The position numbers and the translations under genes were made by a program. Source: Candidatus Omnitrophota bacterium (lineage in GTDB: Bacteria > Omnitrophota > Gorgyraeia > Gygaellales > Profunditerraquicolaceae). Taken from it: a stretch of 60,055 nt of DNA. Below, in pieces: positions 17,544-27,732 of this stretch (position 1 is its first letter; each line of letters opens with the position of its first letter). Under the pieces are notes generated by a model. It was not told the DNA's origin. It saw nothing but the letters and a program-made list of their open reading frames with translations, and did not search any database. Location: positions 1 through 60,055 of the forward strand of contig JBAXLM010000002.1 of NCBI GenBank assembly GCA_037134795.1, read 5' to 3'.

Positions 17544-18767
17544 ATGATGCATAAAGGTTTAGTTGTGCAAAAATATGGAGGTTCATCCGTAGCAAATGTC
17601 GAGCGCATACAAAAGGTAGCGCAAAGGATAGTTAGTTATCGAAAAAAAGGCTACGCTCTGGTCATAGTTGTATCTGCTTTAGGTGATACTACTGATGAAT
17701 TAGTTACGCTAGCTAATAAAATCAATACCAACCCTTCAGAGCGTGAGATGGATATGCTGCTTTCTACAGGAGAACAGATATCAGTCGCGCTTTTAGCTAT
17801 GGCTATTCACAAATTAGGGATTGAAGCTATCTCATTTACCGGTGCCCAAGTAGGCATTATTACTGATACAAGCCATACTCGCGCCAGGATTATAAAAATA
17901 AATACCGATAAAATTAGAGCAGAATTAAAAAAAGGTAAGATAGTTATTGTTGCCGGTTTTCAGGGAGTAACTTTAGATCAAGATATAACTACCCTAGGTA
18001 GAGGCGGTTCAGATTTGACTGCTGTAGCTTTAGCTAAAGAATTAGGCGCAGATTCCTGTGAAATCTACACTGATGTTGAAGGTATTTATACTACTGACCC
18101 ACGGATTGAGCCAAAGGCTAAAAAGATTAACGCGATCACTTATGATGAGATGCTTGAAATGGCTTCACTTGGCGCGCAAGTTATGCAAGCCCGGTCTATT
18201 GAAGTAGCTAAAAAATTCAACGTACCTTTACATGTACGCTCTTCGTTTTCAACAAGTTGCGGAACAATGATTATCAAGGAGGTAGATAAGATGGAAGATG
18301 TGGTAGTGAGCGGAATAACCTTAAATAAAAACGAGGCTAAAATTACGCTTTGTGGGGTTTCTGATAAACCTGGAATTGCCGTAAGGTTATTTAAGCATCT
18401 AGCCGAGGCAGAAGTAAGTGTTGATATGATCGTGCAAAACGTAAGCCATACCCGGCTAACTGATATATCATTTACAATTGCTAAAAGCGACTGCGCAAAA
18501 GCAAGCAAAATAACTAAAAAGGTAGCCCGGGACATCGCTGCAGGCGAAGTTCTCTTAAATGAAGATATCGCTCGAGTTTCCATTGTAGGCGTGGGCATGA
18601 AATCGCATCACGGCGTTGCCGCGAAGATGTTCGGGATAATGGCAGCTAACAAAATTAATATTGAGATGATCTCAACAAGCGATATTAGTATATCTTGTAT
18701 TATAAAAAAGAAATTTGCTGAAATAGCGGTAAGGAAATTACACGCGGAGTTTGGATTAAGCCTTTAA
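17544..18767 (+). CDS. lysC: Aspartate kinase with two ACT domains
   Basis: VVQKYGGSSV, VVSA.GDTTDEL, GRGGSDLTA, TDVEGIYTTDPR. Confidence 0.92.
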   Translation: MMHKGLVVQKYGGSSVANVERIQKVAQRIVSYRKKGYALVIVVSALGDTTDELVTLANKINTNPSEREMDMLLSTGEQISVALLAMAIHKLGIEAISFTGAQVGIITDTSHTRARIIKINTDKIRAELKKGKIVIVAGFQGVTLDQDITTLGRGGSDLTAVALAKELGADSCEIYTDVEGIYTTDPRIEPKAKKINAITYDEMLEMASLGAQVMQARSIEVAKKFNVPLHVRSSFSTSCGTMIIKEVDKMEDVVVSGITLNKNEAKITLCGVSDKPGIAVRLFKHLAEAEVSVDMIVQNVSHTRLTDISFTIAKSDCAKASKITKKVARDIAAGEVLLNEDIARVSIVGVGMKSHHGVAAKMFGIMAANKINIEMISTSDISISCIIKKKFAEIAVRKLHAEFGLSL

Positions 18768-18779
18768 TCGAGGGTTACT

Positions 18780-20345
18780 ATGGAAAGAATAAAATTATAC
18801 GACACCACATTACGTGACGGTTCGCAAGGGGAAGGGATTTCTTATTCAGTAATGGATAAAATCCGCATTGCCGAAGAATTAGATAAAATCGGCATTGACT
18901 TTATCGAGGGAGGCTGGCCAGGATCAAACCCTAAAGACCGCGAATTTTTCTTAAAGATAAGCCAACGTAAACTTAAAAATTCAAAAATTGCTGCTTTTAG
19001 CATGACCCGCAGGCCGAACATCGCAGCAAAAGAAGACAACAACATACTTGCCCTTTTAAAATCTAACGCGCAAGTAATCACCATCGTTGGCAAAACCTGG
19101 GATTTTCATGTAACGGCCGTCTTAAAAACAACATTGGATGAAAATCTAGCCATGATTAAAGACACGGTAAATTTCTTAGTTAAAAAGGGCTTGCCTGTAA
19201 TTTATGATGCTGAACATTTTTTTGACGCTTATAAGGCAAACAAAGATTATGCTTTAAAAACATTGTTAAGTGCCCAAGAGGCGGGAGCCCAATCAATTTG
19301 CTTATGTGACACTAACGGCGGGACACTTACCACGGAAGTAATAAACGTAATAACTGAAGTTAAAAGTAAAATTAAAATCGATCTGGGCATCCATTGCCAT
19401 AATGACGCGGGTGTAGCTGTTGCTAACTCCTTGGCAGCTGTAGAGGCTGGCGCGACTATGGTACAAGGAACTATTAACGGATATGGAGAACGCTGCGGCA
19501 ATGCTGATTTAATAACCATTATTGCTAATTTAAAATTAAAGCTCAAAATTGACTGTATCTCAGATGAAAAACTAAAACAGCTGACTCATTTATCGCATTT
19601 TGTCAGCGAAATTAGTAATATGCGCGCAAAAAACGAACAACCTTTTGTGGGGGATTCAGCTTTTGCCCATAAAGGCGGTATGCATATTAATGCCATAATG
19701 AAAAACCCATTGTCTTACGAACATATTGATCCGTCTTGCGTGGGGAACCGGCGACGCATCCTGGTTTCTGAATTAGGAGGAAAAACCGGAATCTTGCTAA
19801 GAGCAAAAGATTTAAGCTATGATTTAAGCAAGGAAGACCCGCAAACTAAAAAAATACTGGAATTAGTACAATCGCTTGAACATCAGGGATTTCAATTTGA
19901 AGCTGCCGAAGCATCTTTTCAGATATTAATGCAAAAGTCGTTAAAAAAATATAAGAAGTTTTTTGAACTAGAAGGTTTTAAAGTAGTTATTGAAAAACAC
20001 TCAAATAATAAAATTACCTCTGAAGCGGTGATTAAGCTAAAGGTAAAAGGGGTTAAAGAGCATACTGCTGCTGAAGGCGATGGCCCGATTAACGCATTAG
20101 ACAATGCCCTACGCAAGGCCTTAAAGGATTTCTACCCGACTCTAGCTTCAATGCATTTATCTGACTTTAAGGTGCGCGTTCTAGATGGAAAAGCAGGCAC
20201 CGCCGCAAAAGTACGCGTGTTAATCCAATCCCAGGATAAATTAGATATCTGGGATACCATCGGTGTGCATGAAAATATAATAGAAGCCAGTTGGCAAGCT
20301 TTAGTTGACAGCGTAGAGTATAAGCTTCTTAAAGATAATCAATGA
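18780..20345 (+). CDS. cimA: Citramalate synthase / LeuA-related (CimA-type)
   Basis: LYDTTLRDGSQGEGISYS, IEGGWPGSNPKD, HCHND, plus a C-terminal LeuA-dimer-like domain. The ~520 aa length and N-terminus fit the citramalate synthase subfamily. Specificity is inferred. Confidence 0.65.
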   Translation: MERIKLYDTTLRDGSQGEGISYSVMDKIRIAEELDKIGIDFIEGGWPGSNPKDREFFLKISQRKLKNSKIAAFSMTRRPNIAAKEDNNILALLKSNAQVITIVGKTWDFHVTAVLKTTLDENLAMIKDTVNFLVKKGLPVIYDAEHFFDAYKANKDYALKTLLSAQEAGAQSICLCDTNGGTLTTEVINVITEVKSKIKIDLGIHCHNDAGVAVANSLAAVEAGATMVQGTINGYGERCGNADLITIIANLKLKLKIDCISDEKLKQLTHLSHFVSEISNMRAKNEQPFVGDSAFAHKGGMHINAIMKNPLSYEHIDPSCVGNRRRILVSELGGKTGILLRAKDLSYDLSKEDPQTKKILELVQSLEHQGFQFEAAEASFQILMQKSLKKYKKFFELEGFKVVIEKHSNNKITSEAVIKLKVKGVKEHTAAEGDGPINALDNALRKALKDFYPTLASMHLSDFKVRVLDGKAGTAAKVRVLIQSQDKLDIWDTIGVHENIIEASWQALVDSVEYKLLKDNQ

Positions 20346-23035
20346 GCGAAGAACTTTCCAAGCAGTATAATCCAAAAGAAATTGAAGATAAGTGGTATAA
20401 GTACTGGGAAGATAATAACCTTTTTGCCGCAAAACCCGCTTTAGATAAATCTAGCTATAGCATAGTTATCCCCCCGCCTAATGTAACTGGCGCCCTGCAT
20501 ATGGGCCATGCCCTCAATAATACCATCCAGGATATTTTAATCCGCTACCAAAGAATGAAAGGGAAAAATGTTCTTTGGATGCCAGGAACTGACCATGCTG
20601 GTATTGCCACGCAAAATGTCGTAGAAAAAACATTGGCTAAAGAAGGATTAAAACGCCAGGATTTAGGCCGAGATAAATTTATCGAAAGAGTTTGGCAGTG
20701 GAAAGAACTTTACGGCTCAACTATAATCCGCCAGCTAAAAAAACTCGGCGCATCATGCGATTGGAGCCGCCTACGCTTTACCATGGACTGCGAATATTCT
20801 ATTGCCGTTACGGAAGTTTTTGTGAGGCTTTATGAAAAGAAATTAATTTATAGAGGAACATATATTATTAACTGGTGCCCAAGATGCCTTACTGCGTTAA
20901 GTGATGAAGAAGCCGCGCATAAGGAACTCCAGGGCAGCCTCTACTATCTAAAATACCCTCTAAAAGATAACCCAAAAGAATTTATCAAGGTTGCTACAAC
21001 ACGGCCCGAAACTATGCTAGGAGATACTGCCGTAGCAGTCAACCCTAAAGATAAGCGCTACAAGAAATATATCGGCAAAATCTTGATACTCCCTTTAATG
21101 AACAGGCAGATAAAAATCATTGCAGATACCCTGGTAGATATGGAATTTGGCACGGGTGCCGTAAAAGTTACTCCGGCACATGACCCTAACGATTACATGC
21201 TTGGGAAAAAACATAATTTAGAGTTTATTAATGTGCTCTCGCCTGACGGGACGATGAATGCAGCAGCTGAAAAGTTCTGCGGGCTTGATCGCTTTATTGC
21301 AAGAGAGAAAATCGTAGAAGAGTTAAGATCAATGGGATTACTGGAAAAAATCCAGCCGCACACACTTTCCGCAGGGCATTGCTATCGCTGTCACACATTA
21401 GTTGAACCATACCTATCAAAACAATGGTTTGTAAAGATGAAGCCTTTGGCAAAGCCCGCAATAGCAGCAGTCAAAAAAGGGCATATCAAATTTCATCCTG
21501 AGCGTTGGCAAAAAGTTTACCTAAACTGGATGGAAAATATCCAAGATTGGTGCATCTCACGGCAAATCTGGTGGGGGCACCGCATTCCTGTGTATTATTG
21601 CAAGGAATGCCAGGTAGGGAAATCTCAAATAAATTCAAAATTCAAAAGTCAAAAGTCAAAAATAGAAAACGGGGTAATCGTATCCCGGACAAAACCAGAT
21701 AAATGCCCTAAATGCGGATCAATAGAATTAACCCAAGATGAAGATGTTTTGGATACCTGGTTTTCCAGTTGGCTTTGGCCATTTGCTACCCTTTATTGGC
21801 CTAAAGAAAACGCTGACTTAAAATATTTTTACCCAACTGCGACCCTAGTAACCGCGCCTGAAATTATCTTTTTCTGGGTAGCGCGTATGATTATGGCGGG
21901 GTTAGAATTTAAAAAACAGATCCCTTTTAAAGATGTCTATATTCATGGCACCGTACGTGACATTGAAGGCAAAAAAATGTCCAAATCATTGGGCAATATT
22001 ATCGATCCCCTTGAAATTATTTCGCAATACGGTACTTGCGCTTTACGCTTCAGTATAATCTCCATAACCGCGTGCGGCCAGGATGTATACTTATCTAAAG
22101 AAAAGTTTGAACAAGGAAGAAATTTCGCCAATAAAATCTGGAATGCCTCACGCTTTATCTTAATGAATCTTAATCCTGATGACGTAGCTGTGGATTTATG
22201 CGTTTTCTTTAAGCAAGAAAAACTGGATATTGTTAACCGCTGGATATTAAGCCGTTTTTACACGACGCTGGAAAAGGTGGGAAAAGAACTCGACAACTTT
22301 AAATTTAATGAAGCAGCGAATAGTTTATACGCGTTCTTCTGGCATGAATTCTGCGACTGGTATATAGAATTAGCCAAGCCTCAAATACTTGAGAAAAATA
22401 CACAAGTAGTAATGTTTAAAATCTTAGAAAAATATTTAAGGATTTTGCATCCGTTTATGCCTTTTATCACGGAAGAAATTTGGCAAAAGTTACCCGGGGC
22501 AAAAGGCTCTATCATGCAACAAACCTGGCCGCATCTACAAAATGAGTTAATCAATAAAAATGATGAAGAACAGATGCAGCTAGCTTTTGATATTATTAAT
22601 ACTATTAGAAATATGCGCCAAGAGCTTGAAGTTGATTTAACCAGCCGCATTGAAATCAAACTTACGCCCGCAAATAAAGAGGGACGGGATTCGCTTGAGC
22701 AACTAATTCCTTATATAAAAAACCTGGCCAAAATTGAAAACTTGATATTTTCTGAAAAATATATTGTTCAGAAAAATGAATACGCTTGTGTGCTTAAAAA
22801 TATGCATATTGTGATGCCTTTGCAGGGGATTGTAGACGCGGAAGAAATTTACAAAAAAAACCAGGCAAAAATCGATAAGCTGAAGTTTGAAATAAAGAAT
22901 AAGGAAACTATGCTGGCAAATAAAGACTTCTTAGGCAGAGCACCGAAGGAAATTGTGGATACTGAGAAAACAAAATTGAATGATATGCACCAGCAGATTG
23001 TAAAACTAGAAGCGATTAAAAATGGCTTACGCTAA
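20342..23035 (+). CDS. valS: Valyl-tRNA synthetase
   Basis: PPPNVTGALHMGH (HIGH), KMSKSLGN (KMSKS), editing domain, C-terminal coiled coil. Confidence 0.95.
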   Translation: MSEELSKQYNPKEIEDKWYKYWEDNNLFAAKPALDKSSYSIVIPPPNVTGALHMGHALNNTIQDILIRYQRMKGKNVLWMPGTDHAGIATQNVVEKTLAKEGLKRQDLGRDKFIERVWQWKELYGSTIIRQLKKLGASCDWSRLRFTMDCEYSIAVTEVFVRLYEKKLIYRGTYIINWCPRCLTALSDEEAAHKELQGSLYYLKYPLKDNPKEFIKVATTRPETMLGDTAVAVNPKDKRYKKYIGKILILPLMNRQIKIIADTLVDMEFGTGAVKVTPAHDPNDYMLGKKHNLEFINVLSPDGTMNAAAEKFCGLDRFIAREKIVEELRSMGLLEKIQPHTLSAGHCYRCHTLVEPYLSKQWFVKMKPLAKPAIAAVKKGHIKFHPERWQKVYLNWMENIQDWCISRQIWWGHRIPVYYCKECQVGKSQINSKFKSQKSKIENGVIVSRTKPDKCPKCGSIELTQDEDVLDTWFSSWLWPFATLYWPKENADLKYFYPTATLVTAPEIIFFWVARMIMAGLEFKKQIPFKDVYIHGTVRDIEGKKMSKSLGNIIDPLEIISQYGTCALRFSIISITACGQDVYLSKEKFEQGRNFANKIWNASRFILMNLNPDDVAVDLCVFFKQEKLDIVNRWILSRFYTTLEKVGKELDNFKFNEAANSLYAFFWHEFCDWYIELAKPQILEKNTQVVMFKILEKYLRILHPFMPFITEEIWQKLPGAKGSIMQQTWPHLQNELINKNDEEQMQLAFDIINTIRNMRQELEVDLTSRIEIKLTPANKEGRDSLEQLIPYIKNLAKIENLIFSEKYIVQKNEYACVLKNMHIVMPLQGIVDAEEIYKKNQAKIDKLKFEIKNKETMLANKDFLGRAPKEIVDTEKTKLNDMHQQIVKLEAIKNGLR
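21627..21665. repeat. Heptamer-repeat-like sequence in-frame within valS
   Basis: AAATAAATTCAAAATTCAAAAGTCAAAAGTCAAAAATAG encodes SQINSKFKSQKSKIE between the two Cys pairs CKEC and CPKC. It shares the AAAATTCAAAA and AAAAGTCAAAAGT strings with the intergenic elements at 8718-8950 and 56977-57106. Confidence 0.5.
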
Positions 23036-23900
23036 ACATTTTTTATCTAAAAATAAGCCTGAGATCAACCCTAAAACGATTGCGGCCTTTATAAAACAAG
23101 CTTTACTGGAAGATATCGGCAGCAAAGATATCACCACTCAGCTTTGCATTGAAAAGAATAAAAAAATCCAAGCGAAAATTATCGCCAAAGAAAATTTTAT
23201 ACTTTGCGGAGTTTTAATCGCTGAAAAGGTATTTAAAATTGTTGACCCCGGCTTAAAATTCAAAACGATAATTAAAGAAGGAGCTCAGGTTAAAAATAAA
23301 CAAACCATTGCTGTCATATCAGGGTCTGCCAGGAGCATTCTTACCGCGGAGAGAGTAAGCCTGAACCTCTTATCCTTTTTAAGCGGAATTGCCACTAAAA
23401 CCCATAAATTTGTAAAAAAGATCCACCCTTTTAAAACAAAAATTACCGATACACGTAAAACCTTACCAAGCTTAAGGCAAGTACAAAAATACGCGGTAAG
23501 AATCGGAGGCGGATATAACCATAGGATGTGCCTGGATGAGATGATCTTAATCAAAGATAACCATATCAAGGCTGCTGACAGGTGTATCGGCTTGTTAAAA
23601 ATCCCTAAAAAAGAAAAAATTGAGATTGAAGTTCAAAATCTTAATGAGTTTAAGAAGGCTTTGCAATTAAAGCCTGCCATTATCATGCTGGATAATATGA
23701 AAATTAAGGATATTAAAAAAGCAATGTCTATCCCGCATCAATTAACTAAACTTGAGGCAAGCGGTGGCATATGCCTGAAAAATATAAAAAAATACGCCGC
23801 AACAGGAGTTGATATAATTTCCGTCGGAGAACTAACGGATTCAATTACATCCGTAGATATCTCTCTTGATGTGCATTCCTTATGCAAAGATTTAAGCTAA
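23022..23900 (+). CDS. nadC: Nicotinate-nucleotide pyrophosphorylase (carboxylating)
   Basis: TAERVSLN, DTRKT.P, VRIGGG.NHR, IMLDN motifs. Confidence 0.88.
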   Translation: MAYAKHFLSKNKPEINPKTIAAFIKQALLEDIGSKDITTQLCIEKNKKIQAKIIAKENFILCGVLIAEKVFKIVDPGLKFKTIIKEGAQVKNKQTIAVISGSARSILTAERVSLNLLSFLSGIATKTHKFVKKIHPFKTKITDTRKTLPSLRQVQKYAVRIGGGYNHRMCLDEMILIKDNHIKAADRCIGLLKIPKKEKIEIEVQNLNEFKKALQLKPAIIMLDNMKIKDIKKAMSIPHQLTKLEASGGICLKNIKKYAATGVDIISVGELTDSITSVDISLDVHSLCKDLS

Positions 23901-25861
23901 TCAGCAAATTCTCTCCACTTGGCGATCAGCCTAAAGCAATTAATGAGCTTACTAAAACAATTAACGCTAAAAAACGTTACTCCACGCTTTTAGGCGTTAC
24001 GGGAAGCGGAAAAACTTTTACCTTAGCCAACACTATTGCTAAAACAAACTTACCCACCTTAATAATTTCACACAACAAAACACTAGCTGCTCAGCTTTAT
24101 TCTGAATTCCTTGAGTTTTTTCCGTATAACGCGGTAGAATATTTTGTAAGTTATTACGACTACTACCAGCCAGAAGCATACCTGCCCCAAACAGATACTT
24201 ATATTGAGAAAGATTCCTCTATTAATGAGCAACTTGACCGATTGCGCCTAAGCGCTACAACTTCATTAATGAGCCGGCCAGATTGTATTGTTATAGCCTC
24301 GGTCTCCTGTATCTATAATTTAGGTTCACCGCAAGATTACCAAGAACAGCTAGTAATTATAAACAAAACTCAGGAAATTACGCGTGAAGCATTAATCGAT
24401 AAATTTATTCAAATCCAATATGAACGCAATGATTACGAGTTTAATCGCGGAAAGATTAGAGTACGTGGGGATGTAGTTGAGATATTCCCTTCTTATTGGG
24501 AAAAAGCTGTACGCATAGAGTTAAACGCGTCAGGTATAGAAAAAATCTCGATAATTAATCCAATAAGCGCTAAAGTTATAAACCAGGTTGAGAAAATTGC
24601 CATTTATCCGGCAAAACATTTTATTGTCTCTAAAGATAAAACAGTGGAAGCGATAAAATCAATAAGAGAGGAACTGGCTGAGCAACTTAAAAATTTAAAA
24701 AGTGAGAACAAGCTACTCCAAGCAAACCGACTGGAATCGCGTACAAACTATGATTTAGAAATGCTTAAAGAAATCGGCTACTGCCATGGTATTGAAAACT
24801 ATTCCCGTCACATAAGTGGCAGGCCAAGTGGAAGCCGCCCATATTCCATGATAGATTATTTTCCCGGGGACTTCTTAACTATAATTGACGAATCGCATGT
24901 TACTATCCCGCAAATAAGGGGAATGTACGCCGGAGACCAAGCAAGAAAAAAAACCTTAGTTGATTACGGATTCAGGCTTCCTTCATGCCTAGATAACCGG
25001 CCTTTGAAGTTTAACGAATTTAATGAAATCGTAAAACAGGTAGTGTTCGTTTCGGCAACCCCGGATAAGTATGAACTAAGCTTAAGCGAAAACAAGGTTA
25101 TCCAACAAATCATCCGGCCCACAGGACTGCTTGACCCCGAGATCATCGTCAAACCAACAGAAGGCCAGATTGAGGATTTAATCAATGAAATAAAAACACG
25201 CGCTAAGAATAATGAACGAGTTTTGGTAACCACGCTTACTAAAAGAATGTCCGAAGACCTGGCTAATTATTTAACAAATGCCGGATTAAAAGTCAAATAC
25301 TTGCACTCTGAAATAAAAACTATTACGCGTTCACAGATATTAAAAGAGTTACGCCTTAAGAAATTTGACTGTTTGGTGGGGATAAACTTACTACGCGAAG
25401 GTTTGGATTTACCCGAAGTATCCCTCGTGGCGATATTAGATGCTGATAAAGAGGGCTTTTTACGTTCCGCGACCAGCCTTATTCAAGTAGGGGGACGCGC
25501 CGCGCGAAATATTAATGGAACGGTAATTATGTATGCTGACAGGATAACCTCGTCGATGAGAAAAGCAATCAGTGAAAGCAGGCAGAGAAGAAAGTTACAG
25601 CTTGAATTTAATCAGAAAAATGCGATCACTCCTAAATCCATCAAAAAATCAATCAAACAGGGGATTGAAAACTTAGAAGCTGCCTCTGAATTCGTTCAAG
25701 GGCTTAGCGGAGAGCCGCTTGAAAAATACCAGTTGCATAAATATATCCTTGAGCTAGAATATGAAATGGAATTAGCTGCACGTAACCTGCAATTTGAAAA
25801 AGCAGTTATTTTAAGAGACAAAGTTAAAGAATTAAAAGTAATGACAAATGTTAAAAAGTAA
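23882..25861 (+). CDS. uvrB: Excinuclease ABC subunit B
   Basis: GDQP.AI, GVTGSGKT Walker A, DESH, C-terminal UVR domain (LEYEMELAARNLQFEKAVILRD). Confidence 0.95.
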   Translation: MQRFKLISKFSPLGDQPKAINELTKTINAKKRYSTLLGVTGSGKTFTLANTIAKTNLPTLIISHNKTLAAQLYSEFLEFFPYNAVEYFVSYYDYYQPEAYLPQTDTYIEKDSSINEQLDRLRLSATTSLMSRPDCIVIASVSCIYNLGSPQDYQEQLVIINKTQEITREALIDKFIQIQYERNDYEFNRGKIRVRGDVVEIFPSYWEKAVRIELNASGIEKISIINPISAKVINQVEKIAIYPAKHFIVSKDKTVEAIKSIREELAEQLKNLKSENKLLQANRLESRTNYDLEMLKEIGYCHGIENYSRHISGRPSGSRPYSMIDYFPGDFLTIIDESHVTIPQIRGMYAGDQARKKTLVDYGFRLPSCLDNRPLKFNEFNEIVKQVVFVSATPDKYELSLSENKVIQQIIRPTGLLDPEIIVKPTEGQIEDLINEIKTRAKNNERVLVTTLTKRMSEDLANYLTNAGLKVKYLHSEIKTITRSQILKELRLKKFDCLVGINLLREGLDLPEVSLVAILDADKEGFLRSATSLIQVGGRAARNINGTVIMYADRITSSMRKAISESRQRRKLQLEFNQKNAITPKSIKKSIKQGIENLEAASEFVQGLSGEPLEKYQLHKYILELEYEMELAARNLQFEKAVILRDKVKELKVMTNVKK

Positions 25862-25907
25862 AAAGGTAAAAATAAAAAGTAAAAACTACAGTCAAAATTC
25901 ATTTGTC
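25822..25907. repeat. Heptamer-repeat family copy overlapping the uvrB 3' end
   Basis: AAGTTAAAGAATTAAAAGTAATGACAAATGTTAAAAAGTAAAAAGGTAAAAATAAAAAGTAAAAACTACAGTCAAAATTCATTTGTC. Shares AAAAGT(C)TAATGACAAATG with 8750-8771. Has the inverted repeat GACAAATG/CATTTGTC. Confidence 0.6.
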
Positions 25908-25918
25908 CTTAAAATTAT

Positions 25919-26668
25919 ATGTTGTTAGCTATCGACATAGGCAATACCAATATTACCTGTGGGATATTTAAAGGAGCTAAAATTATACATACCTTTGATA
26001 TTCCCACCTGCGCATATAACATCAAGAAACTAAAAGCCAATTTAGGAAAGCTTAATCCGGTTGACGCTTTGATTTGCAGTGTTGTGCCTAAGACAACCCA
26101 AGTTATTACAAAAGACTTAACTAAACTAATTGGCAAGAAACCTTATATAATAGGTAAGAATATTCAGGTACCCATAAAAAACCGCTACCGGAACCCAAGC
26201 CAAGTCGGCCAGGACCGCTTAGTGAACGCCTACGCGGGATTAATTTTTTACGGTACGCCTTTGATTATCATCGATTCCGGGACAGCTTTGACTTTCGACG
26301 TAATTTCTAAACAGGAGGCATATTTAGGAGGCTTGATTCTTCCGGGACTGGGAATTTCTCTAGCTGCCTTAAATGAAAAAACCGCACTGCTTCCGCGGAT
26401 TAAGCTACAATACCCCAAAGAGCTTATCGGAACTGATACAATAAGCAGCATATTAAGCGGAGTAGTTATTGGTGCGGGCGTTCTTGCCAGTGGTTTAGCA
26501 AGCAGGATTAAGCGTAAAATCGGAAAACATACCCAGATTATCGGCACAGGAGGAAGCATTAATTTAGTCAAAAAGTACTCTGATATAAGCATAAAAATCG
26601 ACCGTAATCTAACTTTAAAAGGGCTTAGCCTTATTTATGAAAATGAAATCAAAAATCGTGATTTTTAG
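25919..26668 (+). CDS. coaX: Type III pantothenate kinase
   Basis: LLAIDIGNTNI, IIDSGTA.TFD, and GTGG near the C-terminus. Confidence 0.88.
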   Translation: MLLAIDIGNTNITCGIFKGAKIIHTFDIPTCAYNIKKLKANLGKLNPVDALICSVVPKTTQVITKDLTKLIGKKPYIIGKNIQVPIKNRYRNPSQVGQDRLVNAYAGLIFYGTPLIIIDSGTALTFDVISKQEAYLGGLILPGLGISLAALNEKTALLPRIKLQYPKELIGTDTISSILSGVVIGAGVLASGLASRIKRKIGKHTQIIGTGGSINLVKKYSDISIKIDRNLTLKGLSLIYENEIKNRDF

Positions 26669-27260
26669 GGCCTGCGTAATAACTGCCTGTTTTTTATGTA
26701 TCCTTGGGCTTGAAAAGCCTTTTTGTGAAGAACAAGGCAACTCTAGTGAGAAAAATGATACGGCTAAAGTTAATTTTGAACAAGCGCTTAAGAATCATGA
26801 CGCACAAAAACAAAGAGAGCAGGAAGAGTTGATTATTAAGCTAAATTTTCGCTTAGGCCAAGCAACAGAAAATTGGATAAATACGGCTAAAAAAGATAAA
26901 ACAGGTAAATTGAATACGCGGCTTGAGCAGGAGTGGGAAAAGCTTTCACTATTTCCACCGGGGCATTACGAATACTACTTAAGAGGGCATAAATATGAAG
27001 TAGTTAAAAGTGATGTAATCAAAACAGATTCCCTTGTTTCTTTTTATATCGCCGCGGTAATTGTACAAGAAACATTGTACGTTGAAAAAAATCATCCTCC
27101 GAATATCAGTGATATTAGCCCGTATTTTTACACAGTTAGTACCAACTACACACTGAATTTCGAATACAAAAACGAAAAATTTATCTTAACCAGCAGCGAT
27201 AGCAAAATCGTATCCAGTGAAAACGATTGTCCTGATGAATTTAAAAAGTTTCGATCATAA
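26637..27260 (+). CDS. Hypothetical exported protein
   Basis: N-terminal hydrophobic signal-like segment ([19 protein letters not shown]). No recognisable domain. Confidence 0.5.
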   Translation: MKMKSKIVIFRACVITACFLCILGLEKPFCEEQGNSSEKNDTAKVNFEQALKNHDAQKQREQEELIIKLNFRLGQATENWINTAKKDKTGKLNTRLEQEWEKLSLFPPGHYEYYLRGHKYEVVKSDVIKTDSLVSFYIAAVIVQETLYVEKNHPPNISDISPYFYTVSTNYTLNFEYKNEKFILTSSDSKIVSSENDCPDEFKKFRS

Positions 27261-27274
27261 ATAATAAAAAACTC

Positions 27275-27302
27275 TTGACAAGAAATTTTTTTTATCTATA
27301 AT
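27275..27302 (+). promoter_or_regulatory. Consensus sigma-70 promoter of groES-groEL
   Basis: TTGACA (27275-27280), 16 nt spacer, TATAAT (27297-27302). Confidence 0.8.
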
Positions 27303-27328
27303 TAGCACTCTAGAGAAAAGAGTGCTAA
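27302..27328 (+). promoter_or_regulatory. CIRCE operator (HrcA binding site)
   Basis: Perfect match to TTAGCACTC-N9-GAGTGCTAA, abutting the -10 box. Confidence 0.92.
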
Positions 27329-27390
27329 TAGAATAAGTCCTCGCACAAAGAAGTATTTGGCGGGATAAATCATTTAAAGGAGGAGGCAAG

Positions 27391-27681
27391 ATGGAGATTA
27401 AACCATTGGGTGATCGTATCGTGGTTAAACCTTTAGAAGCAGAAAATAAAAGTAAGGGCGGAATTGTACTGCCTGATACTGCCAAAGAAAAACCACAAGA
27501 AGCTAAAGTTGTAGCAGTAGGAAAAGGCAAGGTGCTAGAAAATGGCACTGTGCAAGCGCCAGAAGTAAAAGTAGGGGATAAGGTTTTATTCGGAAAATAT
27601 TCCGGGAATGAAATTACCACTAAAGAAGGCGAAGAGTTGTTAATCTTACGCGAAGACGACATTTTAGCAATTATTAAGTAA
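27391..27681 (+). CDS. groES: Co-chaperonin GroES
   Basis: 96 aa. [11 protein letters not shown] and GGIVLPD mobile loop. GGAGG Shine-Dalgarno. Confidence 0.97.
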   Translation: MEIKPLGDRIVVKPLEAENKSKGGIVLPDTAKEKPQEAKVVAVGKGKVLENGTVQAPEVKVGDKVLFGKYSGNEITTKEGEELLILREDDILAIIK

Positions 27682-27732
27682 CTTATCCTGACGAAGCTTT
27701 GAGCCGGGACAACATATCTAAGAGGAGGATGT

